Assembly: GCA_964035545.1 (NCBI GenBank)
Contig: OZ037765.1
Location: 33,169,504-33,233,503 of the forward strand
Reading direction: 5' to 3'
DNA length: 64,000 bases
From: Bugula neritina
Lineage: Eukaryota; Animalia; Bryozoa
The notes under the pieces were generated by a model that saw only the letters and a program-made list of their open reading frames with translations, searched no databases and was not told the origin of the DNA. Made by a program: the position numbers and the translations under genes. This document shows positions 42,101-53,903 of this stretch, piece by piece. Each line of letters starts with the position of its first letter. Positions within the stretch are counted from its first letter, which is position 1.

Positions 42101-45100
42101 TGATATCCTATGAAATAGTATATAACATAGTCTAATATTATGGGACTTTTAGACTGTTTTAACGTCTTTAGTGAGCGATTTAAAGATTTTTTTTATAAAG
42201 TTTTGTGACTCAGGAGCTAATCTAAGATTACTCTTATCTCAGTACAACACATATAGAAGGAACATTCTTTTAATTTAACATTAAATTTTAAACTAAACCC
42301 TATTAGCCCGGCAAACTCCTCACTCCAGGTCTTGTATTAAAAACAAAATATTGATGAATAATATTTATGTATATAAATAAAAGGGTGTAAACAGATTAGA
42401 TAATGATACAAATTAACATTAAATAAGAGATCCTAAATATTTCTACATCACATAATAATTGTGATTCCAGCTTTCAATAAAAAGAACAAAAGAGATTAAT
42501 AGAATATAATAGCTCCAATCCATATAAAACAATAATATATTATATAGATTGAGTTCTAAAGTTATGCTAACACCCTAACTTAACTGGTGCGATATTATAC
42601 AGCATGTGTAATTGTGTAGTATTACCTAGCACTGTGCAGTGTGATGTAACAGTGTGCAGTGTTATGTAGCAGTGTGTAGTGTTATGTAGCAGTGTGATGT
42701 AGCAGTGTGTAGTGTTATGTCTCACTGTGTAGTGTTATGTAGCAGTGTGTAGTGTTATGTAGCACTGTGCAGTGTTATGTAGCACTGTGTAGTATTATGT
42801 AACAGTGTGTAGTTTTATGTAGTCCTGTGTAGCAGTGTGTAGCGTTATGTCTCAATGTAGCATACTTACAGATATTCCAGACTTGGTATGTTCCGGAAAA
42901 CCCCTTTAACCACCTGAGACAGCTTATTAGCATGCAGCTCTCTGTAACACAGATATACTACACATTATTAGGAGAGGGCAACTCTAACACCAAACTCAAC
43001 CAGTCATAATTCACTAGCCGACAATATTGCTATTTGTTTAATGGCATGCTGTAATAACGTTGGCTTTTGATCAGATATAATCATTTAAAGTGGTGATTTA
43101 CTATATCAGTCGTATCTTTGATGGCTTTCCAATTTGTAGATGTAACATAACTGCTTTACTTTAATCTTCAACATAGAAATTAGCATAAATCACAGAATCT
43201 ACTATATCAAAGCTGGCAAAGGTAGTTGAAAATTAAGATGGGCGGCTTTTCATATCTATTTGTAAATATTTTCCTAAAATGTTAATAAGAAATCATAAGC
43301 AGGTATGTAGCTAATACACCTACACCATTATATTTCTCCCCAAATCTTACCTATGATTACCTATAATGACAATATTATAGATACATGAAAAAACTTCACA
43401 GTTGCATATAAATCTTGCATAATCTTGAGAAATAGTAATGACAGCTGTAATGTAGCAAACGCAGTCGGTAAATTAGTAGACTATGAAATTGCCTAAGATA
43501 AGTTTCTGTATGCTTCACTGCTTTGTAGAAAATATAATAGACAGCAAATTACAAGAGCTCATGGCAATTGTGTAACAAAAAGTTTTAGTGGAGTCACTGT
43601 TATATAATATTGGTACAACATATTACAGATGAATGGTTCATTAAATTTTATATAATTATTATCACATAAACAATTTAGACAGTTTAGATAGAAATTGTAA
43701 TTTGATTTTTTGATTTTTTGCCAAATAATAGCTGAGTATTGGCATCAGTTCAAGTTATTATAGAGAGGAAGGCTGCAGGTAAACTGTTGCTTTGAAGTAT
43801 ATATTAATTATTTTCCTCCTTAATATAAAATTCAGTTGAGATTACATAACTGATTATATTCTGCAATTCCCCTGGTGGAGTTGAAAGAGACAATCATTGT
43901 GGATTCCACTTATTAAATTGCAAAGCAAGGTTTATGAAATTTAAATTGAGTTTAAAATGAGATTTTCTAATAAAATTTATTTCTACAAGCACACTGATGT
44001 TTAATAGAAGAAGAAAATAATAAGTGAACTAGGAAAGAGTATACATATAATATAATGAGAGCTACAAAAAGCTATAAATTAAAGCTATAATAATAAACAG
44101 GTAGCTAAGGCTGATTATAGTAATAAATAAAAGCATAGAAAGTAACTATTTCTTCTAACAATACTTACATAATAATTAGGTCACTTACAGTACTTACAGT
44201 ATAATATAATCACATACAGTACTTACAGTATAATTAGGTCACATACAGTACTTATAGCATAAGTAGGTCACATATAGCACTTACAGTATAATTAGGTCAC
44301 ATACAGTACTTACAGTATAATTAGGTCTTGTAGCCCAGTAAGAGCTCCAGGCTGAATATAGTCTATAGCATTGTTACTCAGATTGAGGCTGAGAAGCCTT
44401 GACTTTGCGTAGCTATTTCCTGTCAGGTGACGTTTAGATATCTGCGGAATTTCATTCTCGCTCAGACCTCTACAAACAAAATGCATTGAGATACATACAA
44501 TGGCAGCTGAAAATAATCCTGGAAGGCAGTGAATTTATTCAACAAGAGACTATATGTGAAGAATATGAAACTACTTTGGATATTGATGGACTTGGGCTTT
44601 TGGAAATTTTCCATTAACACAGAATTTGAAAGAATATATTTTTAGGCTAGACCAAACACAAGGCCATGGTCACTGAAGCAATAACAAACTTTTCAGTGTA
44701 ATACTAAACTCATTTAAATTTTATAGTTGCTTTAAAAAGGTTTTCTCTTTTATTGACATTCTCATGATAAAATGGAATTTATGTATCCTTGAAACCACAG
44801 AGTATGTGACACTCTTTTATAATCAATTACTGTCACCACAGCTCATTTATTACATAATTTATGTTTCAGATTCACTAAAGAAAAGATTAGGCAAATTCTG
44901 TACACAGTTGCTGGGTGACAGAAGATATTCTTATACTAATAGTATTACTAACACTACTTATACTAATAGTTTTACTAACACTACAAGTCTTGTACTATGA
45001 TATACTCATACTAATAGTATTACTAACACTACAAGTCTTGTACTATGATATACTCATACTAATAGTATTACTAACACTACAACTCTTGTACTATGATATA

Positions 45101-48100
45101 CTCATACTAATAGTATTACTAACACTACAACTCTTGTACTATGATATACTCATACTAATAGTATTACTAACACTACAACTCTTGTACTATGATATACTCA
45201 TACTAATAGTATTACTAACAATATACCAATGACTACACAGTTACACCACTTGTTGCTGTCATAGCAGCAACATACAAGCCTCGCTTTAACTGATTAAACT
45301 ACATAAAAAAGAAACCAAGTACAAGCAATGTGCTATATTCATGTATTTCAGTTGCTACGATCCTTAGTTAAATTTGATAAGATTAATTTATTAGATTAAA
45401 CATTCAATAACTTGATAATAATTACGAAAATTACTAGAAGTTAGTGTTACCAGAATCAATGACAAAATACACTATCAAATGAAAGACAGCATGTAATAAC
45501 TTGAGTAAACATATCATTAACTAAGAGTAACTTTTCTTTTATTTATTCACTCAAAAGCAATTTGTCCCAAGTTTAGTAACTTATCATTATAATAAAATAT
45601 AAATAAACTCATAACATGGACATGGAGCAAGTAGTCTGCATGACTCACAAATGACTCAGCTCCGGCATATTCCGGAATGCCAAGAAGGGATAGTGATTCA
45701 AGTTGTTTCTGGCCAACTGCCTGCAAAATATTCATATTCTGTAAAACTGTAACAAGAAATGAAAACATCGGGTGTTTAGTCTGAAGTTTGGCGGCAATGA
45801 AAGTTTATTGCAATGTTAAATATTAGTGCGTAGGTATTACATCAAACTTTCACAGCTGGACAAAAATTTAGAAACAAATTGCAAAAGGCGGAGTATACAT
45901 AGTCACTTTTCTATTATTAGTCTATTCAACAGTTAATTTGAAAAAATCTATTTATAGATTTAATACAATAAATGAATTTTAAGACAAGTGTGTAACAAGA
46001 TTTGATAAATACAAATACACACTCAAGTAATGAGAGATTAATGCAGTGAATAAACAGAGAGCTGACAGTGTGAATAGTGAAATGCAGATGAAGTTAATAT
46101 TTGAATAAATAATCAAACTGAAGTATTGATGTTGAAATGAAAAGATTCGGCAGCTAAACAAATACCTAAGCTATAGATTACAGAATTCTATCTCAATATT
46201 TGTAGAGAATAAATGCTGAGCTTCTGTATTACACTTTAACCATTGTTGGCAGTTTAAAACCAATTGAAATATTTTCATATAGTGTGCAACCATCACTATG
46301 TAATAACATAACATAATAATAATATTATGTAACGAAATGTAACTTACAGAAATTGGATGTTGCTGCCTGAAAAATAACCATCTGGGAGGTAATCAATGTT
46401 GTTGTCTTGCAGAGCACTGAAATAGATAGACATCAGGGTTAGGGTCAATTACATATGAATGTAATTAATTACAATTACATGAGAATTTGTCAATTACAAT
46501 TACAATCACAGTTGAAATAAATGTAAAATTACAATTACATGGTAATATAATTAATTACAATTACAATAATTTTTGTTCTCACAAGAGACAGATAAAAGTT
46601 ATAAATATAATCTCACTTCTGGGGTCCAACTACCAGGGGTAATTTTGACAACTGAAAACCTTCTTTGTTCTCAACAGTAACAAATAGGGTGATAAATACA
46701 TGAAATTAATCTGAACCTTTTATTAAACGGTAGACAAGGCAGAAAAAATATGAATTTTACAATATTTAAAAAATTGAAGTAATTGTTATGTAATTATAAA
46801 GTAATTGTTAATTTCAATTACATTAGCAATGTGATTAATTACAATTACACTTACATTTTTTACATCAATTACAAATTACATTCAATTACTTGAGAAAATG
46901 TAATTAATTACAACCAATTACAATTACCAATTACAATTACCCCAACCCTGGTAACAACAAAATATATTTTGGGCTTTGACATGCTTCATAACAAGATGCA
47001 TCTTTTAGTCACTGTGCAGAGCACTTAGGAGCAGTAGTGGAGAAATTGAGATAGCCTAAGTTGTTTAAATTTCTTTATAAATTTTGTTCTGGGACTCAGG
47101 TTGAAATTCTTGCTAGAATATACTTTCTTATGCTACATTTCTAATCTAGAACGCAGGCTTTTCTCAAACTTAGATGCAAGCATTGCACATGCAGCAGAGT
47201 GTGGGAAATTACTGAAACATAACAAGGTAATCCCTAAACAAACAGAAGTTAAAAATAGTAGCAATGTTTGCTGCAAATAAAATTAATGAGTGTAAAGTAA
47301 AACCAAACAAACATTTAGTTAGTAACAAATCTGAAGATATAAAGAACATTTGTGTATAATGTGATCAGCAATGCATTATGGGATACTTGCAATGTATTAT
47401 GGGATACTTGCAGTGTATTATGGGATACCTGCAATGCACCATGGGATACTTGCAGTGTACTATGGGATACCTGCAATGCACCATGGGATACTTGCAGTGC
47501 ATTATGGGATACTTGCAATGCACCATGGGATACTTGCAATGCACCATGGGATACTTGCAATGCACCATGGGATACCTGCAGTGTACTATGGGATACTTGC
47601 AATGCACCATGGAATACCTACACATGAGTTAGCTCATTGGGCCAGCTAATCTTGGTGTAGTTGTGTGGAAAAAGCTGAATCTCGTTCTCTCCAAGCATAA
47701 GGAGAGAGAGTTTAGTATTAGATATATCAGGTACTGTGGTAACACCAGTCCTATGAATGATCCTGCAACGTATCAACAACAGTAATATAAATTATACAAT
47801 GGCTTGTGTGTGGTGAACATGGCTAATGAATGAAAACCAATTTTATGCAAAACACAGAGGTTGGTTTAATTTACTAGTTTCTGGACAAAGTGATGTATTT
47901 ATATGCTGAATAATTAGACAGGTTAACAAATTCAGTGAATGGAAAGGAAACCAGCTACAAACCACTATAACATGAGCCTACTCAGCAGGTGTAGTGGGCA
48001 ATGTGATTGGGCAGAAATAAGCCAATCACAACACACTATATGTTAGATAAACAACAACCACACATGCAGCATATAATATACGAATATAGATATATGAATA

Positions 48101-51100
48101 GTTTGCTATTAAATGGTTATAGGGTCAACAGTTACTTATAAAACATTAAATTAAGTTCTCACATCTGACCATGTAATGGTTATATAGCACTTAAAAGAAA
48201 CAATAAAACGAATCAATACATTATGACAGGAATTTGGTGAGTGACTGAAACACTACTGCTAACATAGAACAACATCATATGACATGTGAGCTAGCACACA
48301 TTTACTAGCTAGGCAGGAAGAGGCTCTCGGTGAACAGGAAATTGTGTTTTCTAGCTAATCAAACTTTAATAGAATCACAAAAACTGGCGCAGTATTCCAG
48401 AAATATACGAGAAACAGCCAGAAGAAAATAGGGGTTTAAAGCTGGCCGTGTATGACTTGGTGAAAAGTTTTATTGAACAACTTTTGATGAACTTTGAAAT
48501 TTCCAGAACTTTTTAAATTTACTCACTCAATTTAAAACTTTTTGCTTAGCCCATTTCATTTCGAATAAAACAGATATTGTAAGGAATATAATTTCCTTTC
48601 ATATTTAAAAATTAGACAGTATTATTACATAACACTCATAGCATGCGATTGCTAAAATCAACTTACAATAACATAAATATGATGTTGGATTAAGTGAATT
48701 AATTTAACATTAACTTGAAATTAGGATGAGCAAATTTCTTCAACTTACAGAGATGTGAGATCAGTCAGATGGTCAAAAGTGCCTTCACCAATCACAGTGA
48801 GCTGAGGAATATTGTAGATTTTACTACAATCAGATATTATAGAATACATAATACTAATCCCAAGGAGTTGATAAAATCATTTAATTATCACATGTATTAT
48901 AACATGCAACAACTTAGTTATCCTTGTGCTTTGAGATTTCTATAGTATAACACAACTGCAATTGTTGACAATTCTAAGTACGATACTTGAAAAAGACTTG
49001 AAAAAATTATTAGTTGAATTACTAATCATCTTAACTTATAACTACTAATTACTGTTAGGCCTAATATTTTTATTGCAAAAAACTATTTGTAAAAACTCAT
49101 TAAAATCATCAAAAACAAAAAGTATAAATTGCCAAAGATTCCATAGAGCATTAGTTTTCTTTTATTCAGGTATGAAAGAAGCCTACAGACACTTTGGAAA
49201 GTAACGATACACTCACATAGATGTAGTGGCAGAGGTGAAGGTCTCAGCTGTTAGACTCAGGATGTTGTATTTAGTCAGGGTGCTACATAGACATATACAG
49301 TGTAATTAAATCTTAAAGGATACATGCATACTATAAAGATATCTATGTCTATTGGAATATAACCATATACATCTAGAAAATAGAAAGCACTTCTATAATA
49401 GGCCTTTGATTTCATGTTAAAAGATTTACTAATCTGAACCAACACGGAAGTTCTTGAACTGTAAAAGGTACTTATTTTATAACAAAAGAAATATTTTCAA
49501 ATATCATCTAGCCACCATTTTAGCATATAAAGGAGCTCCTTCCTTAATGTGTTTGTGAGAATTAGATTGGATGAACATCATGTTTTAAAGGTATATGAAA
49601 AGTACTGTATAGTAGACTATACACTAGACTGTATACTCTTCTAATGTTCAGTTGAAAGACTTTTAGGCAGAGCTGGGTTTCTTAAAACCAAATTGTTGTA
49701 TTATAGCTATACAGGCTTTCAGAGAAAAAGCTGTGAAAAGCTTTCAGTTAAATAGCTAATACTTTACATCCTGATTTCTGCGCAATACAACTATAGCTAA
49801 CATCCTCTGTGCACAATAAAACATAATATCATCATAATCCTACACAAATAGCATATCCAATGCAGAGATGTGATTCACCACAGAAAAATAACTGAACTAT
49901 AAAAACAATAAACAGTAAATTATAAAAACTAAGAAAATCTCCCAAAAACTACAATTCATCTGTGTTCTCAATAACTGAGACAATGGCCCCTGACACGAAT
50001 CACCTCAGCTTACACGGATTAGCATCATAACTTTTATTGTTAACCAAAATATTGGCAGGGATTAAATTTCAACAGCTTAGATTAGATGTAATTAGAGCTG
50101 TAAACAGGTGGGATTTGCTAGGCTAACCGTCTGAGCACCATTAATATTATGTATTTTTTATCTACTTGAAAAGACTCGATACTAGCCCCAGGGACTCAAA
50201 TTACTAGCCCCAGGGAATCAAACTCAATATCTCTTGAGTTGATCTGTCTCCAAACAGCTCTTGTAAGGACCTTAAGGCTACATATGTTCTCGTGATAATC
50301 TCATATTGTGCTCCAACTAGATTCTTATCTGAAAGATTGAGGTTTGCAACCAACTGGAAACTGCATGGCTGTCCATGTCGTGTCTACATACACCTACACT
50401 ATACGAGTATATATATTATATACACTCTATATACTTACACCATACTTACTCTATGTACTTACACAGTATATACTTACACCATACTTACTCTGTATATACT
50501 TACACAGTATATACTTACACCATACTTACTCTGTATGTACTTACACTCTACACACTCAGTATGTACATACACTCTTTAGATTTACACAGTATATACTTAC
50601 ACCATATATACACTTACTCTGCATGTACTTACACCGTATAATTTATATTTGCACTGTGTATACTCACAATGTACACACTTACACTACAAGCTACATAATT
50701 CACATTACATAGTATATTTCACATGTTACTTACACTGCACCAGAACACCCTGTGGCCAGTCCTGCTACTTCATCACAAAAACAGGTACAAGTTCTGACAC
50801 TGTATGAGGCTGGAGAGAAATAGAAATTGGAAGTTATGACACTTGGGTTGTCACTCCACAGCAGGTGCTGGTCTGTGGCTATAAACATGTACAATGTAGC
50901 ATATATTAACATATATACTATAACTATTACTTTGACTATATATGATATTATTACATATATTATAAAATATTGTTCTAGTTATATATAAGTTACATAATCT
51001 CGCAGTATTCTATTATATTTATTATAACAAATATTATTATAGTTACTATATCACTGCTAGCAACATAGATAGCTGCATCAAATATAATGTGCTATGTAAT

Positions 51101-52181
51101 AAATTCATATTACGTTTGGTGCTGAATGATTAAATTCAAATGTTTATGTGTGGTGGAGGACTTATAGTATTAGTTGGCTTATTTGGCAGGTAAAATTCAT
51201 TCAAAGCTCCATGATTGATACAGTGACAGGTAACCTTGAACACCACTTGCATGTGACAAACTTGTGACATACATGTGACATGTGACATACATGTAGCATG
51301 TGACAAACTTGTGACATGTGGCAATGCATGTGGCATGTGACAAGTGGTATAGATGTGACACTTAATATAAATGCAAGCACTGCACATTACATTTCACTGG
51401 ATCATCTGATATTAACAAGTAATTTCATGTATTCAAGTATTACTATTGCTAATACAGACGGCACAAGTAATTTCAGTATTTGCTGCTTGCACTATTATGT
51501 TTACAATTTCTAGGAAGCACTAGTAGTTGAACAGTCACTAATAATTATACAAGGAAGCTGTGTTAATAGTATATATGTCTAGCTAGAGGCTTTCCTCTGG
51601 GAAAAGTACACGAGTGTACTAAACAAAAGCTTATAAATTATTTATTTGTTTTCGCGATACTGTTTCAACTAAACATTAAAACTAATGTTTAGAAAATGCA
51701 GGAAGAGAAAAATGAAAAACTGTATTCAGACAAGGGTTTGCGTGCATTGTCTCTTGGAAATTCCTACTTATTTGAAAGAATCATATATTCACAAATTTAC
51801 AATTTTTAAACAGATCTATAATCACAAAAAATCAATATTTTTATGAAATATATATTTAATGTATTCTAAATCTGCCAGAGTTTAAATCTATTTGGGTTGA
51901 AGCAATTTTATTTTTGCCAAATGAAAACTCTAAAAGTATTTAACAAATCTTAAACTAATGCTTGATTGTTTCAAAAGTTTCCAAAATTGAATGTTTTAAA
52001 GAAAATAAAATCCTTTACCAGAGTCAAAGTTGATGGAGAATCTGTCATTGTAGTATTCCCAGCCATTCCAGGTGACGTAGGGTCTGCAGAGGGGGAGAGT
52101 AACTGCTAGCAGCAGAAGAATATATCCACCCCTGGCAGCATATCCACCCCTGGCAGCAAATCTACCCCTGGCAGCAGTCAT
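15158..52181 (-). CDS. Mega-thrombospondin-type giant secreted ECM protein (about 48 exons, about 2,980 aa)
   Basis: Exons in transcript order (plus-strand coordinates): 52019-52181, 50734-50878, 49217-49282, 48749-48823, 47622-47762, 46348-46416, 45649-45720, 44314-44469, 42870-42941, 41905-42057, 41036-41113, 40430-40567, 39835-39990, 39239-39398, 37343-38946, 36703-36902, 36090-36150, 35598-35807, 35095-35293, 34793-34862, 34518-34615, 34136-34367, 33485-33652, 32840-33000, 28207-28376, 27583-27842, 27074-27270, 26627-26762, 26160-26333, 25567-25736, 24596-24755, 23803-24113, 23274-23526, 23004-23164, 22138-22300, 21953-22060, 21449-21595, 21212-21328, 20595-20783, 20250-20480, 19770-19957, 19092-19261, 18076-18306, 17423-17625, 16863-17005, 16256-16385, 15636-15709, 15158-15358. 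The sum is 8934 nt (a multiple of 3) with consistent phases. Further small symmetric LRR exons may have been missed. Confidence 0.88.
18609..18797. mobile_element. Short non-autonomous element with imperfect ~28-bp inverted repeats and an internal degenerate (AACCCT)n tract
   Basis: TAGGTAAAATGGCACAAATGAAAAAGCA compared with the reverse complement of TACTTTGCCATTTGCGCCATTATTACCTA; telomere-like AACCCT units at about 18662-18743. Confidence 0.45.
21120..21208. repeat. (CAGA)n-type microsatellite at a splice donor
   Basis: Read directly; abuts the donor at 21210-21211. Confidence 0.85.
22295..22625. repeat. Degenerate tandem repeat (ATACACACTACAGTAT..)n containing copies of the splice acceptor
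   Basis: Read directly; starts at the acceptor 22301-22302. Confidence 0.8.
24258..24445. repeat. ~42-bp tandem repeat built on GTCAACAGTT units
   Basis: Read directly; produces the repetitive tail of ORF 23725-24408. Confidence 0.8.
25338..25570. repeat. ~37-bp tandem repeat (CACCTACCCAGTGTTCAGCTATACGTACTGCAGGTTA), about 6 copies, each with a copy of the donor
   Basis: On the minus strand each unit contains CTGG|GTAGGTG or a variant, matching the real donor at 25565-25566. Confidence 0.85.
26160..27270 (-). other. Mega-TSP sub-region: F5/8 type C (discoidin) domain
   Basis: [57 protein letters not shown]. Confidence 0.92.
26780..26997. repeat. 15-bp repeat (ACAGTAATACATTAT)n, about 14 copies
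   Basis: Read directly. Confidence 0.85.
27285..27565. repeat. Low-complexity (ACTATG/ACT)n intron
   Basis: Read directly; fills most of the intron 27271-27582. Confidence 0.75.
28687..29218 (+). mobile_element. 5'-truncated RTE-clade LINE (end of ORF2 with C2H2 finger, plus 3' UTR)
   Basis: ORF 28698-29114: [64 protein letters not shown]. The 3' end has a CTCGTCACACGAG hairpin and a (CA)n tail. Candidate TSD ACTAGTATTA at 28677-28686 and 29219-29228. Confidence 0.9.
29219..32839. repeat. 33-bp satellite (ACTAGTATTATAGTGAGTTGACACATTACATAT)n, about 110 copies, intronic
   Basis: Read directly; homogeneous units with a few recurrent variants. Degenerate copies also occur at about 28610-28686, left of the LINE. 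Confidence 0.97.
34300..36150 (-). other. Mega-TSP sub-region: fibro-slime / PA14-like domain
   Basis: [89 protein letters not shown] follows the motif order of fibro-slime/PsiA-type PA14 domains. Confidence 0.72.
42625..42860. repeat. ~18-bp degenerate repeat (GTGTAGTGTTATGTAGCA)n
   Basis: Read directly; adjacent to the donor at 42868-42869. Confidence 0.8.
44161..44327. repeat. 29-bp tandem repeat copying the exon end plus donor (ACTTACAGTATAATTAGGTCACATACAGT), about 6 copies
   Basis: The minus-strand unit GACCTAATTATACT|GTAAGT.. is identical to the junction at 44313/44314. Confidence 0.88.
44930..45220. repeat. 48-bp minisatellite, about 5-6 copies
   Basis: Unit ATACTAATAGTATTACTAACACTACAACTCTTGTACTATGATATACTC; explains ORF 44915-45232. 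Confidence 0.9.
46434..46950. mobile_element. MITE-like element (hAT-type CAGGG termini, subterminal CAATTA repeats)
   Basis: Starts CAGGGTTAGGGT and ends ACCCCAACCCTG, with dense AATTAC/GTAATT arrays at both ends. No clear TSD seen. Confidence 0.65.
47370..47620. repeat. 21-bp minisatellite (GCAATGCACCATGGGATACTT)n, about 12 copies
   Basis: Read directly; abuts the donor at 47620-47621 and explains five overlapping spurious ORFs. Confidence 0.92.
50385..50735. repeat. Degenerate repeat rich in TACTTACAC (minus strand GTGTAAGTA, donor-like)
   Basis: Read directly; leads up to the donor at 50732-50733. Confidence 0.75.
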
Positions 52182-53903
52182 AATTTCTAGAAAATGCAGC
52201 AGAAGTAGTCATGTAACATAGGCTATCTACTTCAGTCTATAGCAAACCTCTAATCAATGTTAATTTGTACATACAAAAGACAAGGGCTTCCCTTATTGGT
52301 ATGAATTGAATGAATGCAGTTGAAACTACTCAGAGCTCTAAAAGCTATTCAGGGAATTATGATTTAATTTAAAATAAATCATTGAATATATCAACAGTAA
52401 ACTATAGCAACATTGTTGACATCCTGTATAATTACAGTCAGCTTGTCAAAGATTTCTCTAATAACAAATCCAGCTTGTACATTGAGCATTGAAAGAATGT
52501 AGAAACAAGCTATTATAATTCCTATTTGCTGAAAATCTTCAAATAAAGTTAAATTTATATAATATAATTTCCAAACAAAGTGAACCATACATGGTGTTTC
52601 TGCACGCCTTAACTATAGTTACTAATAAATAGTTATGCTTATATAATAACTGATGAATTTTTAGCTGTAAAGTAAATGTATATGCATAAAAATAAATTTA
52701 CTTTAAATGCTTACAAATCTAGAAAAATATTTCACTACACACCGTAAGTTAGTATATAGCTACTATTAGCTATAATATATACTATTAAATACACCATTTC
52801 AGTTGCTATTGAAACAAAACATTACGTACAGAAGTAAAATTGCCTTCCTTGAGTTTTCATTATGTAATATATTACTTTACAAAAATATACTGTATAATAG
52901 TGTATAACTATACAACAATACACTATTATTATAATGTAATAAATATAATATAACGCAACACAATATCATATAACTTAATATGTGACTTACAAGAAGTATA
53001 TGTTACTGCCAGAAAAGCAACCATCAAGGAAGTGAGTGAAATATTATAAACTAAAGTTACTGTGAGGTTTATTAATTTAAAGTTCATGAGCATTCAGTAG
53101 AATACAATTCTGAGTTTACAAACAGCAAGTTGTTTACTCTCAGTCAGCTATGAGGTGTAATTTGAGCATTGTGACAATAGTCTACTAATATACATGTGGA
53201 GGCTCTATTATATTCACTGATCATTCATTACAGTTTAGTGACAATGAACATTGACTCCTGATTAATCACAGCACAGCTTCTTACCAGTTTACATGTTTAA
53301 GGACAGATAACTTCTATGATAGATAGTGTTTCATATATAAACATGTACCCAGACTATGTGTATTTAATGTTACAACACAAATCTACGAAATATCAGAATG
53401 ACAGTGAAATATTTACACAATACTTGATAGTATAATTTGTATATATGAGCTTACATCTGAGCACAGGCTAAGAATGAGAGAATTTGTCAACCTTTCGTCA
53501 AGGAACTCATGCTAAATTCTACTGGTACAGAGCGTGGCAGCTTCATAGGCAGCATGACTCATCTCCCTAAACATACTATAGAATAATAATACAGGATTAC
53601 AGAATAGAAGGCACGTTAAGATGTAAACACATAGGGACAGAGAGCAGCTGCAGCAGAAAGCATATCATGTAGGATTTGAAGAAGTTGGCACTAATTAAAA
53701 GCATATCTGCAGGTTAATGCAGGTTAACAGCTTTCCACATGGTCCAATAGTTTAATACCACATTATATTCTAGAATCTTCTCAATGCAGAGATAGGTTTT
53801 CACCATGAGCATGGATCATCACCATGGCAACCAAGTGATTCAAATATACTATATTTACCAAGAAAGTTCTAGATAAAATCAGTGTGGTGTGAATAGAGCA
53901 GGG

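Larger units (their letters stand above)
37343..50878 (-). other. Mega-TSP sub-region: N-cap, over 30 extracellular leucine-rich repeats, LRR C-cap
   Basis: LxxLxLxxNxI repeats in phase-2 exons of 66-78 or 138-160 nt and in the 1604-nt exon; C-cap LQCGCAV..TCSYP. Confidence 0.92.

Noticed and set aside
47315-47649. Five overlapping repetitive ORFs
   Set aside because: Products of a 21-bp minisatellite.
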